This document shows, piece by piece, positions 54,078 through 64,000 of a stretch of 64,000 nt of DNA. Made by a program: the position numbers and the translations under genes. The stretch comes from Gammaproteobacteria bacterium. Lineage in GTDB: Bacteria; Pseudomonadota; Gammaproteobacteria; DASZBR01. The notes beneath the pieces are model-generated. The model was not told the DNA's origin, ran no database searches, and was given only the letters and a program-made list of their open reading frames with translations. Positions within the stretch are counted from its first letter, which is position 1; every line of letters starts with the position of its first letter. The stretch covers positions 22,095-86,094 of the forward strand of contig JANRJR010000004.1 in NCBI GenBank assembly GCA_033763845.1. The letters run 5' to 3'.

Positions 54078-55323
54078 ACTGAAAAGTTTTACGATTAATT
54101 TTGGACCACAACATCCTGCTGCACACGGTGTATTGCGTTTAATTTTAGAATTAAAAGGAGAGGTGATTCAGCGTGCCGATCCACACATAGGTTTATTGCA
54201 TCGCGCTACAGAAAAATTAGCTGAAACGAAACCGTATAATCAAAGCATTGGTTATATGGACAGATTAGATTATGTGTCGATGATGTCGAATGAACACGCG
54301 TATGTCTTAGCCATTGAAAATTTATTAGCCATTCAACCGCCGATTCGCGCGCAATATATTCGCGTGATGTTTGATGAAATTACCCGAATTTTAAATCACT
54401 TATTATGGTTAGGCGCATCTGCATTAGATTTAGGTGCAATGAGTGTATTTTTATATGCGTTTCGTGAACGCGAAGATTTATTTGATTGTTATGAAGCGGT
54501 ATCGGGTGCACGCATGCATGCAACGTATTTCCGACCGGGTGGGGTGTATCGCGATTTGCCTGACACAATGCCAAAATATAAACCGTCAAAATGGCACAAC
54601 GAAAAAGCTATTAAGCAATTAAACGAAACACGAGAAGGCAGTTTATTAGACTTTATTGAAGATTTTACAAATCGATTTCCAAGCTGTATCGATGAATACG
54701 AAACTTTGTTAACGGACAACAGAATTTGGAAACAACGAACTGTTAATATTGGTGTGGTTTCGCCTGAGCGTGCAAAAGCGTTGGGTTTTACTGGACCTAT
54801 GTTAAGGGGCTCAAATGTCGAATGGGATTTACGTAAAAAACAACCGTATGAAGTCTACGACAAATTAGATTTCGCTATCGCTGTTGGTAAAAATGGTGAT
54901 TGTTATGATCGTTATTTAGTCCGTGTTGAAGAAATGCGCCAGTCTAATCATATTATTTCTCAATGCGTAGACTGGTTGCGAAAAAATCCAGGACCTGTTG
55001 TGATCGATGATCACAAAATTGTTCCGCCTTCGCGTGTGAAGATGAAAGAAAATATGGAGTCTCTAATACACCATTTTAAATTATTCACTGAAGGCTATTG
55101 CTTACCCGCTGGAGAATCGTATGCTGCCGTTGAACATCCTAAGGGCGAATTTGGTGTGTATTTAGTTTCTGATGGCGCAAATAAACCGTATCGCGTCAAA
55201 ATTCGTGCTGCAGGATTTCCACATTTAGCTGCCCTGGATGAAATGTCACGTGGACATATGATTGCCGATGCTGTTGCAATTCTATCAAGCCAAGATATTG
55301 TTTTTGGAGAAATTGACCGTTGA
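54070..55323 (+). CDS. nuoD: NADH-quinone oxidoreductase subunit D
   Basis: [27 protein letters not shown] and the ending IVFGEIDR. Confidence 0.95.
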   Translation: MSELKSFTINFGPQHPAAHGVLRLILELKGEVIQRADPHIGLLHRATEKLAETKPYNQSIGYMDRLDYVSMMSNEHAYVLAIENLLAIQPPIRAQYIRVMFDEITRILNHLLWLGASALDLGAMSVFLYAFREREDLFDCYEAVSGARMHATYFRPGGVYRDLPDTMPKYKPSKWHNEKAIKQLNETREGSLLDFIEDFTNRFPSCIDEYETLLTDNRIWKQRTVNIGVVSPERAKALGFTGPMLRGSNVEWDLRKKQPYEVYDKLDFAIAVGKNGDCYDRYLVRVEEMRQSNHIISQCVDWLRKNPGPVVIDDHKIVPPSRVKMKENMESLIHHFKLFTEGYCLPAGESYAAVEHPKGEFGVYLVSDGANKPYRVKIRAAGFPHLAALDEMSRGHMIADAVAILSSQDIVFGEIDR

Positions 55324-55793
55324 TCTCTGATAAATTAAAAAGTGAAATAGACCACTGGGTGAAAAAATTCCCCGTAGATCAAAAACAATCTGCGGTATTA
55401 CCTGCTTTGCGTTTTGCACAAGAAGAAAATGGCGGATGGCTAACCGATGAAATCATGAAATCTGTGGCTGAATATTTAAGCATGCCATTTATCGCGGTTT
55501 ATGAAGTCGCGAGTTTCTATTCTATGTATGAATTAAAACCCGTAGGCAAACATAAATTATCTGTCTGTACAAATGTTTCATGCATGTTGGCGGGTTGCGA
55601 TAAAATTGTTAAGCACTTAAATAAAAAATTAAACATTCAATTTGGCGAAACAACGACTGATCAAACATATACTCTAAAAGAGGTTGAATGTTTAGGCGCA
55701 TGTGCCAATGCGCCGGTGATGCATGTTTGTCACAAATATTATGAAGATTTAACGCCTGAGAAAGTAGACAAGATTCTCGAGGAATTAAAATGA
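55320..55793 (+). CDS. nuoE: NADH-quinone oxidoreductase subunit E
   Basis: TTG start overlapping the nuoD stop. 2Fe-2S ligands: CTNVSC...CLGAC. Confidence 0.9.
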   Translation: MISDKLKSEIDHWVKKFPVDQKQSAVLPALRFAQEENGGWLTDEIMKSVAEYLSMPFIAVYEVASFYSMYELKPVGKHKLSVCTNVSCMLAGCDKIVKHLNKKLNIQFGETTTDQTYTLKEVECLGACANAPVMHVCHKYYEDLTPEKVDKILEELK

Positions 55794-57061
55794 CCCAAAT
55801 AAATCATGATAAATTTAATCAAGTTTGTTTTCGTCATCAAGCCAAAGATATTAAAGCCTATGAAAAAAATGGCGGATATAAAATTTTACGCAAAATTCTG
55901 ACAGAGAAAACACCGCCGGAAGAAATTATTGCTGAATTAAAATTATCTGCATTGCGTGGACGTGGCGGTGCAGGATTTCCGTCAGGACTAAAGTGGAGTT
56001 TTATTTCACGTCATGCTCCGGGCCAAAAATATGTTTTGTGTAATTCTGACGAAGGCGAACCTGGTACGTGTAAAGACAGAGAAATATTACGCCATAATCC
56101 ACACCAATTAATTGAAGGCATGATTATTGCGGGATATGTGATGGGTGCGACCGTTGGATATAATTATATTCGTGGCGAATATGACGAGCCATTTGACGTG
56201 ACTGAAAATGCATTAAAAGAAGCGTATCACGCCGGTTATTTGGGTAAGAATATCTTAAATTCAGGATTAGATTTTGATTTATATAATTATTTAGGTGCAG
56301 GTGCATATATTTGTGGCGAAGAAACCGCATTAATGGAATCACTGGAGGGTAAACCTGGCAAGCCACGATTTAAACCGCCGTTTCCCGCCAATTTTGGGTT
56401 ATATGGACGTCCCACTACCATTAATAATACTGAGACGTTTGCATCCGTTCCCGTTATTTTAGAAAAAGGTGGGCAGTGGTTTTTAGATTTAGGCATTCCG
56501 AATAATGGCGGATGTAAAATATTTAGCGTGACAGGCCATGTCAATAAACCGGGTAATTATGAAGTACCATTGGGAATGCCATTTAAAGATTTATTGGAAT
56601 TAGCGGGTGGCATGAAAAATGGCAAGAAACTAAAAGCAGTCATTCCTGGCGGATCGTCTGCACCTGTTTTACCCGCAGATATTATGATGAATATCACCAT
56701 GGATTATGATGCGTTAGCGAAAGCAGGATCAATGCTGGGATCCGGTGCCGTGATTATTATGGATGAAGACACGTCTATGGTTGAAATCCTGACACGCATT
56801 GCGCATTTTTATCATGAAGAATCGTGTGGGCAATGTACGCCGTGTCGAGAAGGAACCGGTTGGATGGCGCGAGTGTTACATCGCATTTTACATGGTCAAG
56901 GTAAAATCGCAGATTTAGACTTATTATCAAATGTCGCTAACAAAATTATGGGACGAACAATTTGTGCATTGGGTGATGCAGCTGCAATGCCAGTGATGAG
57001 TTTTATTAAACATTTCCGTGATGAATTCGCGGCTCACATTGAGAAACACCAACATGATTGA
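55790..57061 (+). CDS. nuoF: NADH-quinone oxidoreductase subunit F
   Basis: GRGGAGFP (FMN site), [22 protein letters not shown]. Confidence 0.95.
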   Translation: MTQINHDKFNQVCFRHQAKDIKAYEKNGGYKILRKILTEKTPPEEIIAELKLSALRGRGGAGFPSGLKWSFISRHAPGQKYVLCNSDEGEPGTCKDREILRHNPHQLIEGMIIAGYVMGATVGYNYIRGEYDEPFDVTENALKEAYHAGYLGKNILNSGLDFDLYNYLGAGAYICGEETALMESLEGKPGKPRFKPPFPANFGLYGRPTTINNTETFASVPVILEKGGQWFLDLGIPNNGGCKIFSVTGHVNKPGNYEVPLGMPFKDLLELAGGMKNGKKLKAVIPGGSSAPVLPADIMMNITMDYDALAKAGSMLGSGAVIIMDEDTSMVEILTRIAHFYHEESCGQCTPCREGTGWMARVLHRILHGQGKIADLDLLSNVANKIMGRTICALGDAAAMPVMSFIKHFRDEFAAHIEKHQHD

Positions 57062-59012
57062 AATTGAAATCGACGGTAAAATATTGGAAACCACACAAGG
57101 CTCGATGATTATCGAAGTCGCAGACAAAGCGGGCATTCCAATTCCGCGTTTTTGTTATCACAAAAAATTATCCATCGCAGCAAATTGTCGCATGTGTTTA
57201 GTCGAAGTTGAAAAAGCACCTAAACCTTTACCCGCGTGTGCAACACCCGTGACACCTGGCATGAAAGTATTTACGAATTCTGTCAAAGCCGTCGATGCAC
57301 AAAAATCTGTCATGGAATTTTTATTAATTAATCATCCATTAGATTGTCCGATTTGTGATCAAGGTGGTGCGTGTGAATTACAAGATATTTCTATGGGCTA
57401 TGGGCAAGATTTTTCGCGTTACGAAGAAGTTAAACGTTCTGTTAAAGATGAAAATTTAGGGCCTTTAGTCGCAACAGACATGACACGATGTATTCAATGC
57501 ACACGTTGTGTGCGATTTGGTCAAGAAATCGCTGATTTACGTGAATTAGGAACCATTGGTCGACATGACAGAATGGAAATCGGGACTTATTTAAAAAATA
57601 ATGGTTTAAAATCTGAATTATCAGGCAATGTCATTGATCTATGTCCCGTCGGTGCACTGACATCAAAACCGTTTCGATTCAAAGCACGTGCATGGGAATT
57701 AACACAGTCTCCGTCTATTGCACCGCACGATTGTGTGGGATCGAATATTTATTTACAAACGTTGCGTGGAAAAGTCATGCGCGTGGTTCCGCGCGAAAAT
57801 GAAGCCGTCAACGAAAGCTGGATCTCTGACAGAGATAGATTTAGCTATGAAGGTTTGTACAGTGAAGACCGTTTAATAAAACCGATGATCAAAGAAAATA
57901 ATCACTGGAAAGAAGTGGATTGGGCACAAGCATTAGATGCTGCTGCAAAACAACTACGAAAATTATCCGGCCCTGAAATTGCTGCATTTGCATCACCTAA
58001 TTCAACTGTGGAAGAATTTTATTTGTTACAAAAATTTATGCGTGGTATCGGCTCTTCGAATATTGATCATCGATTACATGCCGTAGATTTATCAGACCAA
58101 TTTTTTATGCCGTTATTTCCTGGCTTAAGTATTTCTATTGAAGATATTGAAAAACAGAAAGCTATATTAATTGTTGGTTCTAATTTAAAACATGAAGCAC
58201 CGTTATTAGCGCATCGTGTACGAAAAGCAGCAGCACATGGCGCCAATGTTTTGTATATTGATGTAGATAATCTTGAAAAAGTTTCTTTCGAGCCCAATTT
58301 AATTTTATTGGGTGCGCAAGCGCATAATCATCCGCATGCAAGCACCATTCGACGACGCGTACAGCAATTAGCCATTAAACATAACGCCGTTTTAGGTTAT
58401 GTAACGGAAGGAGCCAACACTGCAGGTGCATGGATTGCAGGATGTGTTCCCCACCGTGGACCCTATGGAGAACAAATTACGCCTGCTGGATGTGATATTC
58501 ATCAAAGTTTAAGTGCTAAATTAAAAGCATATATATTATTAAATATTGAGCCTGATCACGATTGCGCAAACCCTAATGCCCTTATAGATAATCTAAAATC
58601 AGCCGATAGCGTGATTGCTCTTACGGCATATAAGACTAATACTCTATTGGATACTGCGACGGTGTTATTACCCATTTCACCTTACGCAGAAACGTCGGGG
58701 ACGTATATTAACATTGAGGGTAGAGTTCAAAGTTTTGAACCTGCAACACCTAGTTTAGGAGAGTCAAGACCGGCGTGGAAAATTTTACGTGTGTTAGCTA
58801 ATTTATTTAAACTAGACGGATTTGATTATACGGACAGTGAATCCGTTCGAGATGAATTATTACAGTTAGAAAAGAAAAGCAAACGTCCGGATCCTGTATT
58901 TCCCGAGATTAAGCTCTCGCAAAAAAGCGATATAAAAGTTCCAGAGTGGAAAATTTATCAGTCTGATTCTATCGTACGCCGTGGAAAAGCCTTACAAAAG
59001 GTGCAATTATGA
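57054..59012 (+). CDS. nuoG: NADH-quinone oxidoreductase subunit G
   Basis: MIEIEIDGK start. Has [36 protein letters not shown] and [13 protein letters not shown] at 57054 is preferred over the track start. Confidence 0.92.
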   Translation: MIEIEIDGKILETTQGSMIIEVADKAGIPIPRFCYHKKLSIAANCRMCLVEVEKAPKPLPACATPVTPGMKVFTNSVKAVDAQKSVMEFLLINHPLDCPICDQGGACELQDISMGYGQDFSRYEEVKRSVKDENLGPLVATDMTRCIQCTRCVRFGQEIADLRELGTIGRHDRMEIGTYLKNNGLKSELSGNVIDLCPVGALTSKPFRFKARAWELTQSPSIAPHDCVGSNIYLQTLRGKVMRVVPRENEAVNESWISDRDRFSYEGLYSEDRLIKPMIKENNHWKEVDWAQALDAAAKQLRKLSGPEIAAFASPNSTVEEFYLLQKFMRGIGSSNIDHRLHAVDLSDQFFMPLFPGLSISIEDIEKQKAILIVGSNLKHEAPLLAHRVRKAAAHGANVLYIDVDNLEKVSFEPNLILLGAQAHNHPHASTIRRRVQQLAIKHNAVLGYVTEGANTAGAWIAGCVPHRGPYGEQITPAGCDIHQSLSAKLKAYILLNIEPDHDCANPNALIDNLKSADSVIALTAYKTNTLLDTATVLLPISPYAETSGTYINIEGRVQSFEPATPSLGESRPAWKILRVLANLFKLDGFDYTDSESVRDELLQLEKKSKRPDPVFPEIKLSQKSDIKVPEWKIYQSDSIVRRGKALQKVQL

Positions 59013-60007
59013 TAGATACTTTATTATTTATTGCATTTACGTTATTAAAAATCTTTGCGATTTTGATTCCCCTAATATTAGGTGTGGCGTATCTGACTTT
59101 TCTCGAGCGTAAAATCATTGGCTTTATTCAAGACAGGGTTGGCCCTAATCGAGTTGGACCGTACGGCTTAGCCCAACCAATTGCGGATATTATTAAGTTA
59201 TTCTGTAAAGAAATTATTATTCCAAAAGCATCCAATAAATACTTATATTTGATTGCACCTATGTTATCTATCGCTCCTGCATTAAGTGCATGGGCCGTAA
59301 TTCCCTTTCAACCTCATTTAGTGTTAACCGACATTAATGCGGGCGTTTTATTTTTATATGCCATGAGTTCATTGAGTGTCTATGGGATTTTGATTGCAGG
59401 CTGGGCATCAAACTCTAAGTACGCCTTTTTAGGAGCGTTACGCTCTGCAGCACAGACTATTTCTTATGAAATCGCCATGGGTTTTGCGTTTGTCGGCGTA
59501 TTACTTGCTACAGGCAGCATGAATTTACAGGCTATAGTTGAACATCAATCGGGTGGATTTTGGCATTGGTATGCCTTATCGCTTTTACCGTTATTTATTG
59601 CATATTGGATCGCGGGCGTTGCTGAAACAAATCGGGCGCCATTTGATGTCGCAGAAGGCGAATCTGAAATCGTCGCCGGATTTCATGTTGAATATTCAGG
59701 TATTACCTTCGGTGTATTTTTCTTGGCGGAGTATGCCAATATTATTTTAGTGTCTATGATTGCCAGTCTTTTATTTTTGGGTGGTTGGTTGCCTCCGATT
59801 GATGCCTTAAATTTTATCCCCGGCATTGCATGGTTAATGATGAAAACGGGCTTTATGGTATTTGTTTTTCTCTGGTTAAGAGCAACATTCCCGCGGTTTC
59901 GATATGATCAAATTATGCGCTTAGGATGGAAAATATTGATTCCGGTGACCTTGTTTTGGATTATTGTTATTGCGTTTTGTATTCAAATGCATTGGGGATT
60001 CCAATGA
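59009..60007 (+). CDS. nuoH: NADH-quinone oxidoreductase subunit H
   Basis: [27 protein letters not shown] and [16 protein letters not shown]. Confidence 0.95.
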   Translation: MIDTLLFIAFTLLKIFAILIPLILGVAYLTFLERKIIGFIQDRVGPNRVGPYGLAQPIADIIKLFCKEIIIPKASNKYLYLIAPMLSIAPALSAWAVIPFQPHLVLTDINAGVLFLYAMSSLSVYGILIAGWASNSKYAFLGALRSAAQTISYEIAMGFAFVGVLLATGSMNLQAIVEHQSGGFWHWYALSLLPLFIAYWIAGVAETNRAPFDVAEGESEIVAGFHVEYSGITFGVFFLAEYANIILVSMIASLLFLGGWLPPIDALNFIPGIAWLMMKTGFMVFVFLWLRATFPRFRYDQIMRLGWKILIPVTLFWIIVIAFCIQMHWGFQ

Positions 60008-60492
60008 AATATATCAAGCAATGGTTGAAAGCGTTTTCGTTATGGGAATTATTACTAGGCTTGAAGCTCACAGGCCGGCATTTATTTTCGCGAAAAATCA
60101 CCATCCAATTTCCGGATGAACAAACGCCATTATCTCCACGTTTTCGTGGATTACATGCGCTTCGTCGTTATCCCAATGGTGAAGAGCGTTGCATTGCATG
60201 TAAATTATGTGAAGCCGTCTGTCCTGCGTTGGCGATCACCATTGAAGCAGAACCGCGCGAAGATGGTTCTCGTCGCACAACCAAATATGAAATTGATTTA
60301 TTTAAGTGTATTTACTGCGGTTTTTGTGAGGAATCGTGTCCGGTAGATTCTATTGTAGAGACCAATATTCATCACTACCATTTTGAAAAACGCGAAGACT
60401 CGATAATGACGAAAGAAAAGCTCTTAGCAATGGGTGATAAATATGAAGCTCAAATTGCAAAAGACAGGGCAGCAGATGAGAGGTATCGATGA
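60004..60492 (+). CDS. nuoI: NADH-quinone oxidoreductase subunit I
   Basis: Two 4Fe-4S motifs: [12 protein letters not shown] and [15 protein letters not shown] at 60004 overlaps the nuoH stop. Confidence 0.93.
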   Translation: MKYIKQWLKAFSLWELLLGLKLTGRHLFSRKITIQFPDEQTPLSPRFRGLHALRRYPNGEERCIACKLCEAVCPALAITIEAEPREDGSRRTTKYEIDLFKCIYCGFCEESCPVDSIVETNIHHYHFEKREDSIMTKEKLLAMGDKYEAQIAKDRAADERYR

Positions 60493-61070
60493 TCGTTAAT
60501 TTATTATTTGTAGGATTTTCAGCCCTGTTATTATTCTCCGCCTTAATGGTGGTGACTCTGTCGCATCCGGTTCGCAGTGTTTTATTTTTGGTCTTAGCGT
60601 TTTTTGCAGCGACTGTTTTATGGCTATTACTAACGGCTGAATTCTTAGCACTGATTTTAATATTAGTTTATGTCGGGGCTGTGATGACCTTGTTCTTATT
60701 TGTCGTCATGACGCTGAATATAGATCTAGTCAGTTTGCAGCAGCCTTATAAAAAACTTTATATTCCCGTTGGATTATTATTTACAGCGCTGTTATCTGGC
60801 ATTCTAATTTATGCGCTCTTCAAAACCGAATCACCTTTTATTATGTATGCGCAAAACGTTAATACGATTAGTCTCGCGAATGTGACGCAATTAGGCCAAG
60901 TGCTTTATACAGAATATGCGTTACCGTTTGAGATTACGGGTGTAATTTTATTAGCCGCGATCATTGCAGCCATTAGCTTGTCCTTGTTCCAACCAACTAC
61001 TTCAAAACAACAATCTGCCAGTGAGCAAATCAACGTCAAGAAAGAAGATCGACTGAGGATCATCAAATGA
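60489..61070 (+). CDS. nuoJ: NADH-quinone oxidoreductase subunit J
   Basis: Hydrophobic 193-aa protein in the conserved operon position. Has the [15 protein letters not shown] block. Confidence 0.88.
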   Translation: MIVNLLFVGFSALLLFSALMVVTLSHPVRSVLFLVLAFFAATVLWLLLTAEFLALILILVYVGAVMTLFLFVVMTLNIDLVSLQQPYKKLYIPVGLLFTALLSGILIYALFKTESPFIMYAQNVNTISLANVTQLGQVLYTEYALPFEITGVILLAAIIAAISLSLFQPTTSKQQSASEQINVKKEDRLRIIK

Positions 61071-61372
61071 TGTCATTAAAAGCATTCTTAATTGTTGCGT
61101 CATTGCTGTTTGGCATTGGCATGGCAGGCATTGTCATTAATCGACGGAATGTCATTGCATTATTGATGTCTATCGAATTAATTCTCTTAGCAGTAAATAC
61201 CAATTTTATTGCGTTTTCTTATTTTATGAATGATATCGCGGGACAAATTTTTGTATTTTTTATTTTGGCGATTGCTGCTGCAGAAGCCGCAATTGGATTA
61301 GCGATTCTTATGGTCTTATACCGTTCTCGAGGAACTATTAATGTGGCTGCAATGGATACCCTTAAAGGGTAA
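61067..61372 (+). CDS. nuoK: NADH-quinone oxidoreductase subunit K
   Basis: 101 aa, 3 TM segments. Has [10 protein letters not shown] and [12 protein letters not shown]. Confidence 0.9.
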   Translation: MMSLKAFLIVASLLFGIGMAGIVINRRNVIALLMSIELILLAVNTNFIAFSYFMNDIAGQIFVFFILAIAAAEAAIGLAILMVLYRSRGTINVAAMDTLKG

Positions 61373-63263
61373 TTTCATCAATTTAACATTGCTGATTATT
61401 TTAGCGCCGTTAGTGGCAGGATTAATCGCGGGTGTTTTTGGTAAACGAATCGGTCGAAGTGGTGCACACAGCATAACCATCTTGGGTGTTCTGTTGTCTT
61501 TTATAGCATCAATGTTAATTTGCTATCTGCTTTATGAACAAAACTTTGCTCCCGTTAATGCAAATATTTACACATGGGGAATAAGCGGAAGCTTTAGTTT
61601 CTCGGTTGGATTTATGATCGATAGACTCAGTGCTGCGATGATGGGTATTGTGAGTTTTGTATCGCTAGTCGTCCATATTTATAGCATTGGCTATATGAAA
61701 GATGATGACGGCTACCAACGGTTTTTTAGCTATATTTCTTTATTTACGTTCGCGATGTTAATGCTCGTGTCTGCCAATAATTTTCTCCAGTTATTTTTTG
61801 GTTGGGAAGGTGTCGGGTTAGTTTCGTACTTATTGATTGGCTTTTGGTTTAAGAAAGAAAGCGCAAATTTTGGTAGCCTTAAAGCGTTTATCGTAAACCG
61901 AGTAGGTGATTTTGGATTTTTATTAGGCATTGCAGCGGTACTAAATTATACGGGCTCGTTGGACTATCAGACTTTATTTAATTTTGCGCCGACGTTGCCG
62001 TCTAGCATAGTCACATTAATTTGCTTATTACTTTTTGTAGGAGCGATGGGTAAGTCTGCACAAATGCCATTACACATATGGTTACCAGAATCTATGGAAG
62101 GTCCGACGCCCATTTCTGCATTAATTCACGCGGCAACCATGGTAACAGCAGGTATTTATATGGTAGCCCGCATGTCACCCGTATTTGAATATTCTTCTAC
62201 TGCATTAAGTGTTGTGTTAATTATTGGCGCGACGGGTGCATTATTCACGGGATTTGTAGCACTTGTTCAAAATGATATTAAGCGCGTGGTTGCATATTCA
62301 ACGCTTTCTCAGCTGGGCTACATGGTCGCTGCATTGGGAGCATCTGCTTATTCTGTTGCCATATTTCATTTAATTACGCATGCTTTTTTTAAGGCTTTAT
62401 TATTCCTTGCAGCTGGATCAGTTATTATTGCATTGCATCATGAACAAGATATGCGTCGTATGGGTGGTCTCAAAAAATACATGCCTATTACGTATATTTG
62501 CTTTTTAGTGGGTGCGTTAGCGCTGTCAGCGATTCCGCCGTTTGCCGGATTTTTCTCTAAAGATTTAGTCATCGAAGCCGTAAATGATACGCATCTCTGG
62601 GGTTCAACGTATGCATACTATTGCGTGTTATTAGGCGCATTTATTACGCCGTTGTACATTTTTAGATCGTTCTTTATGACCTTTCACGGTGAGGAGCGTT
62701 TTTCAGACGAAGTAAAACATCATCTCCATGAATCTTCATGGGTTATTTTATTACCCTTAATTTTATTAGCGATTCCGTCTGTCTTAAGCGGTTATTATTT
62801 AATTAAGCCATTAATTTTTAATCATGATTTTGCCTCAAGTATTTTTGTATTACCGTCGCATGTAATTGATTTTCACATGCCAGTCTTAAATTCACTGCCT
62901 TTAGGATTATCCTTTGCAGGAATTATTTTGGCATGGATTTTTTATAACCGCTTTCCATTATTACCTGCCAAACTTTCAAAACACTTCTCCGTGATTTATA
63001 AAATATTAGTTTATAAATATGGCTTTGATTGGTTTAACGAGCACATCATCATGCCAAGTGTACGCACACTCGCTAATATCTTTTTCAAAGTGGGTGATGA
63101 GAAGATTGTGGATGATACGTTCGTGAATGGCTCGGGTCGGATGATGACAAAGTTATCTCAAGCCGCACGAAAATTACAGTCAGGATATTTATATCATTAT
63201 GTTTTCTTAATGTTACTCGGCTTAATTATTTTATTGTACTGGATTATGTTATGCCCTTATTAA
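61341..63263 (+). CDS. nuoL: NADH-quinone oxidoreductase subunit L
   Basis: [18 protein letters not shown] and [25 protein letters not shown]. The start is uncertain. ATG at 61341 overlaps nuoK by 32 nt and no later canonical start is available. Confidence 0.88.
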   Translation: MWLQWIPLKGNFINLTLLIILAPLVAGLIAGVFGKRIGRSGAHSITILGVLLSFIASMLICYLLYEQNFAPVNANIYTWGISGSFSFSVGFMIDRLSAAMMGIVSFVSLVVHIYSIGYMKDDDGYQRFFSYISLFTFAMLMLVSANNFLQLFFGWEGVGLVSYLLIGFWFKKESANFGSLKAFIVNRVGDFGFLLGIAAVLNYTGSLDYQTLFNFAPTLPSSIVTLICLLLFVGAMGKSAQMPLHIWLPESMEGPTPISALIHAATMVTAGIYMVARMSPVFEYSSTALSVVLIIGATGALFTGFVALVQNDIKRVVAYSTLSQLGYMVAALGASAYSVAIFHLITHAFFKALLFLAAGSVIIALHHEQDMRRMGGLKKYMPITYICFLVGALALSAIPPFAGFFSKDLVIEAVNDTHLWGSTYAYYCVLLGAFITPLYIFRSFFMTFHGEERFSDEVKHHLHESSWVILLPLILLAIPSVLSGYYLIKPLIFNHDFASSIFVLPSHVIDFHMPVLNSLPLGLSFAGIILAWIFYNRFPLLPAKLSKHFSVIYKILVYKYGFDWFNEHIIMPSVRTLANIFFKVGDEKIVDDTFVNGSGRMMTKLSQAARKLQSGYLYHYVFLMLLGLIILLYWIMLCPY

Positions 63264-64000
63264 GTTTATTGATCTGGTTACCCGTTATTGGTGCAATAAT
63301 GGTGTTATGCACGGGTGGAGATAAAAACGCATCGCTTGCGCGGTGGATTGCGTTGTTTACATCATTAGTTACCATGGCATTGTGCATACCACTGTATCAA
63401 AATTTCAATGGCCAAAGTTATGTGATGCAATTTCAAGAGCATTTAAATTGGATTCCTGTCTATGGCATCAATTACAGTTTAGGTGTCGACGGCATTTCAG
63501 CGCCATTAATTATATTAACTGTCTTTACAACATTGTTAGTGCTCATTGCGTCTTGGAACGCCATTCACAATAAAGTTGCTCAATATCTGGCCAGTTTTTT
63601 GATTATGCAAAGTATGGTGACGGGTGTTTTTGCGGCAACTGATGCGATTTTATTTTATGTCTTTTGGGAAGGGATGTTAATTCCCATGTATTTAAGCATA
63701 GGAATTTGGGGGAGTGCGAACCGTTCATATGCGTCAATTAAATTTTTCTTATTTACGTTTTTAGGATCTGCATTACTATTGGTCGTTTTATTATATCTAA
63801 GATCATTAAACCACAGCTTTAATATTATAGATTATTACAGTCTAAAAATGAGTTTGCCTGTTCAAATTATTGTTTTCTTTGGATTTTTATTAGCCTTCGC
63901 GGTAAAAGTTCCGATGTGGCCTGTACATACCTGGTTACCGGATGCGCATACCGAAGCACCTGCAGGTGGTTCAGTTGTGCTAGCTGCATTGATGTTGAAA
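63251..64000 (+). CDS. nuoM: NADH-quinone oxidoreductase subunit M (3' end outside window)
   Basis: I translated this by hand from ATG at 63251: [17 protein letters not shown]...GVDGISAPLIILT...FYVFWEGMLIPMYL...WLPDAHTEAPAGGSVVLAALMLK. The frame stays open to the window edge. It is absent from the ORF track because no stop lies within the window. Confidence 0.9.
   Translation, partial: MPLLSLLIWLPVIGAIMVLCTGGDKNASLARWIALFTSLVTMALCIPLYQNFNGQSYVMQFQEHLNWIPVYGINYSLGVDGISAPLIILTVFTTLLVLIASWNAIHNKVAQYLASFLIMQSMVTGVFAATDAILFYVFWEGMLIPMYLSIGIWGSANRSYASIKFFLFTFLGSALLLVVLLYLRSLNHSFNIIDYYSLKMSLPVQIIVFFGFLLAFAVKVPMWPVHTWLPDAHTEAPAGGSVVLAALMLK

Noticed and set aside
57054-59012. nuoG is shorter than the E. 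coli orthologue, considered as a truncation or pseudogene
   Set aside because: All N-terminal Fe-S motifs are intact, the frame is uninterrupted, and it is coupled to nuoF and nuoH. Short NuoG/Nqo3 forms are normal in many bacteria.

Overview
Compact, visibly AT-rich chromosomal segment of a gammaproteobacterium that looks Legionellales-like. This is an inference from a near-canonical Dot/Icm dotL/icmO gene at the left edge and from gene order such as secG-tRNA-Leu-nuoA. Most of the window is tightly packed housekeeping genes: ribF-ileS-lspA-purB, rpsT, rpsO-pnp, dapA, priA, kbl-tdh, dapD, tsaD, rplU-rpmA-obgE, slt, metG, typA, accD-folC-tpiA-secG, and nuoA through a partial nuoM that runs off the right edge. 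It also holds two tRNAs (Ser-CGA, Leu-GAG), an RND/MFP efflux pair, two tandem MFS paralogues and an arginase/ornithine-aminotransferase pair. I saw no IS elements, integrases, phage genes or CRISPR arrays. The strongest candidate for something new is a three-gene cassette at 47.8-49.6 kb. It encodes a Cys/His-rich small lipoprotein, then a strong terminator, then a DUF692 (MNIO) enzyme and a DUF2063 partner. That is the architecture of Cys-modifying metallophore RiPP systems, but the putative precursor does not look like the described classes. Other items worth a second look:
- A gcvR-like/PIN-PhoH/unknown-protein operon whose last gene has an acidic C-terminus flanked by NLS-like patches.
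- An orphan charged protein wedged between obgE and slt.
- Tandem DnaA boxes on the rplU-rpmA-obgE promoter.
- A decayed minor-(pseudo)pilin cluster.
- A 54-aa lipoprotein in the bamC position after dapA.
- An N-terminally short folC.
All product calls rest on motif recognition by eye. No database search was run.
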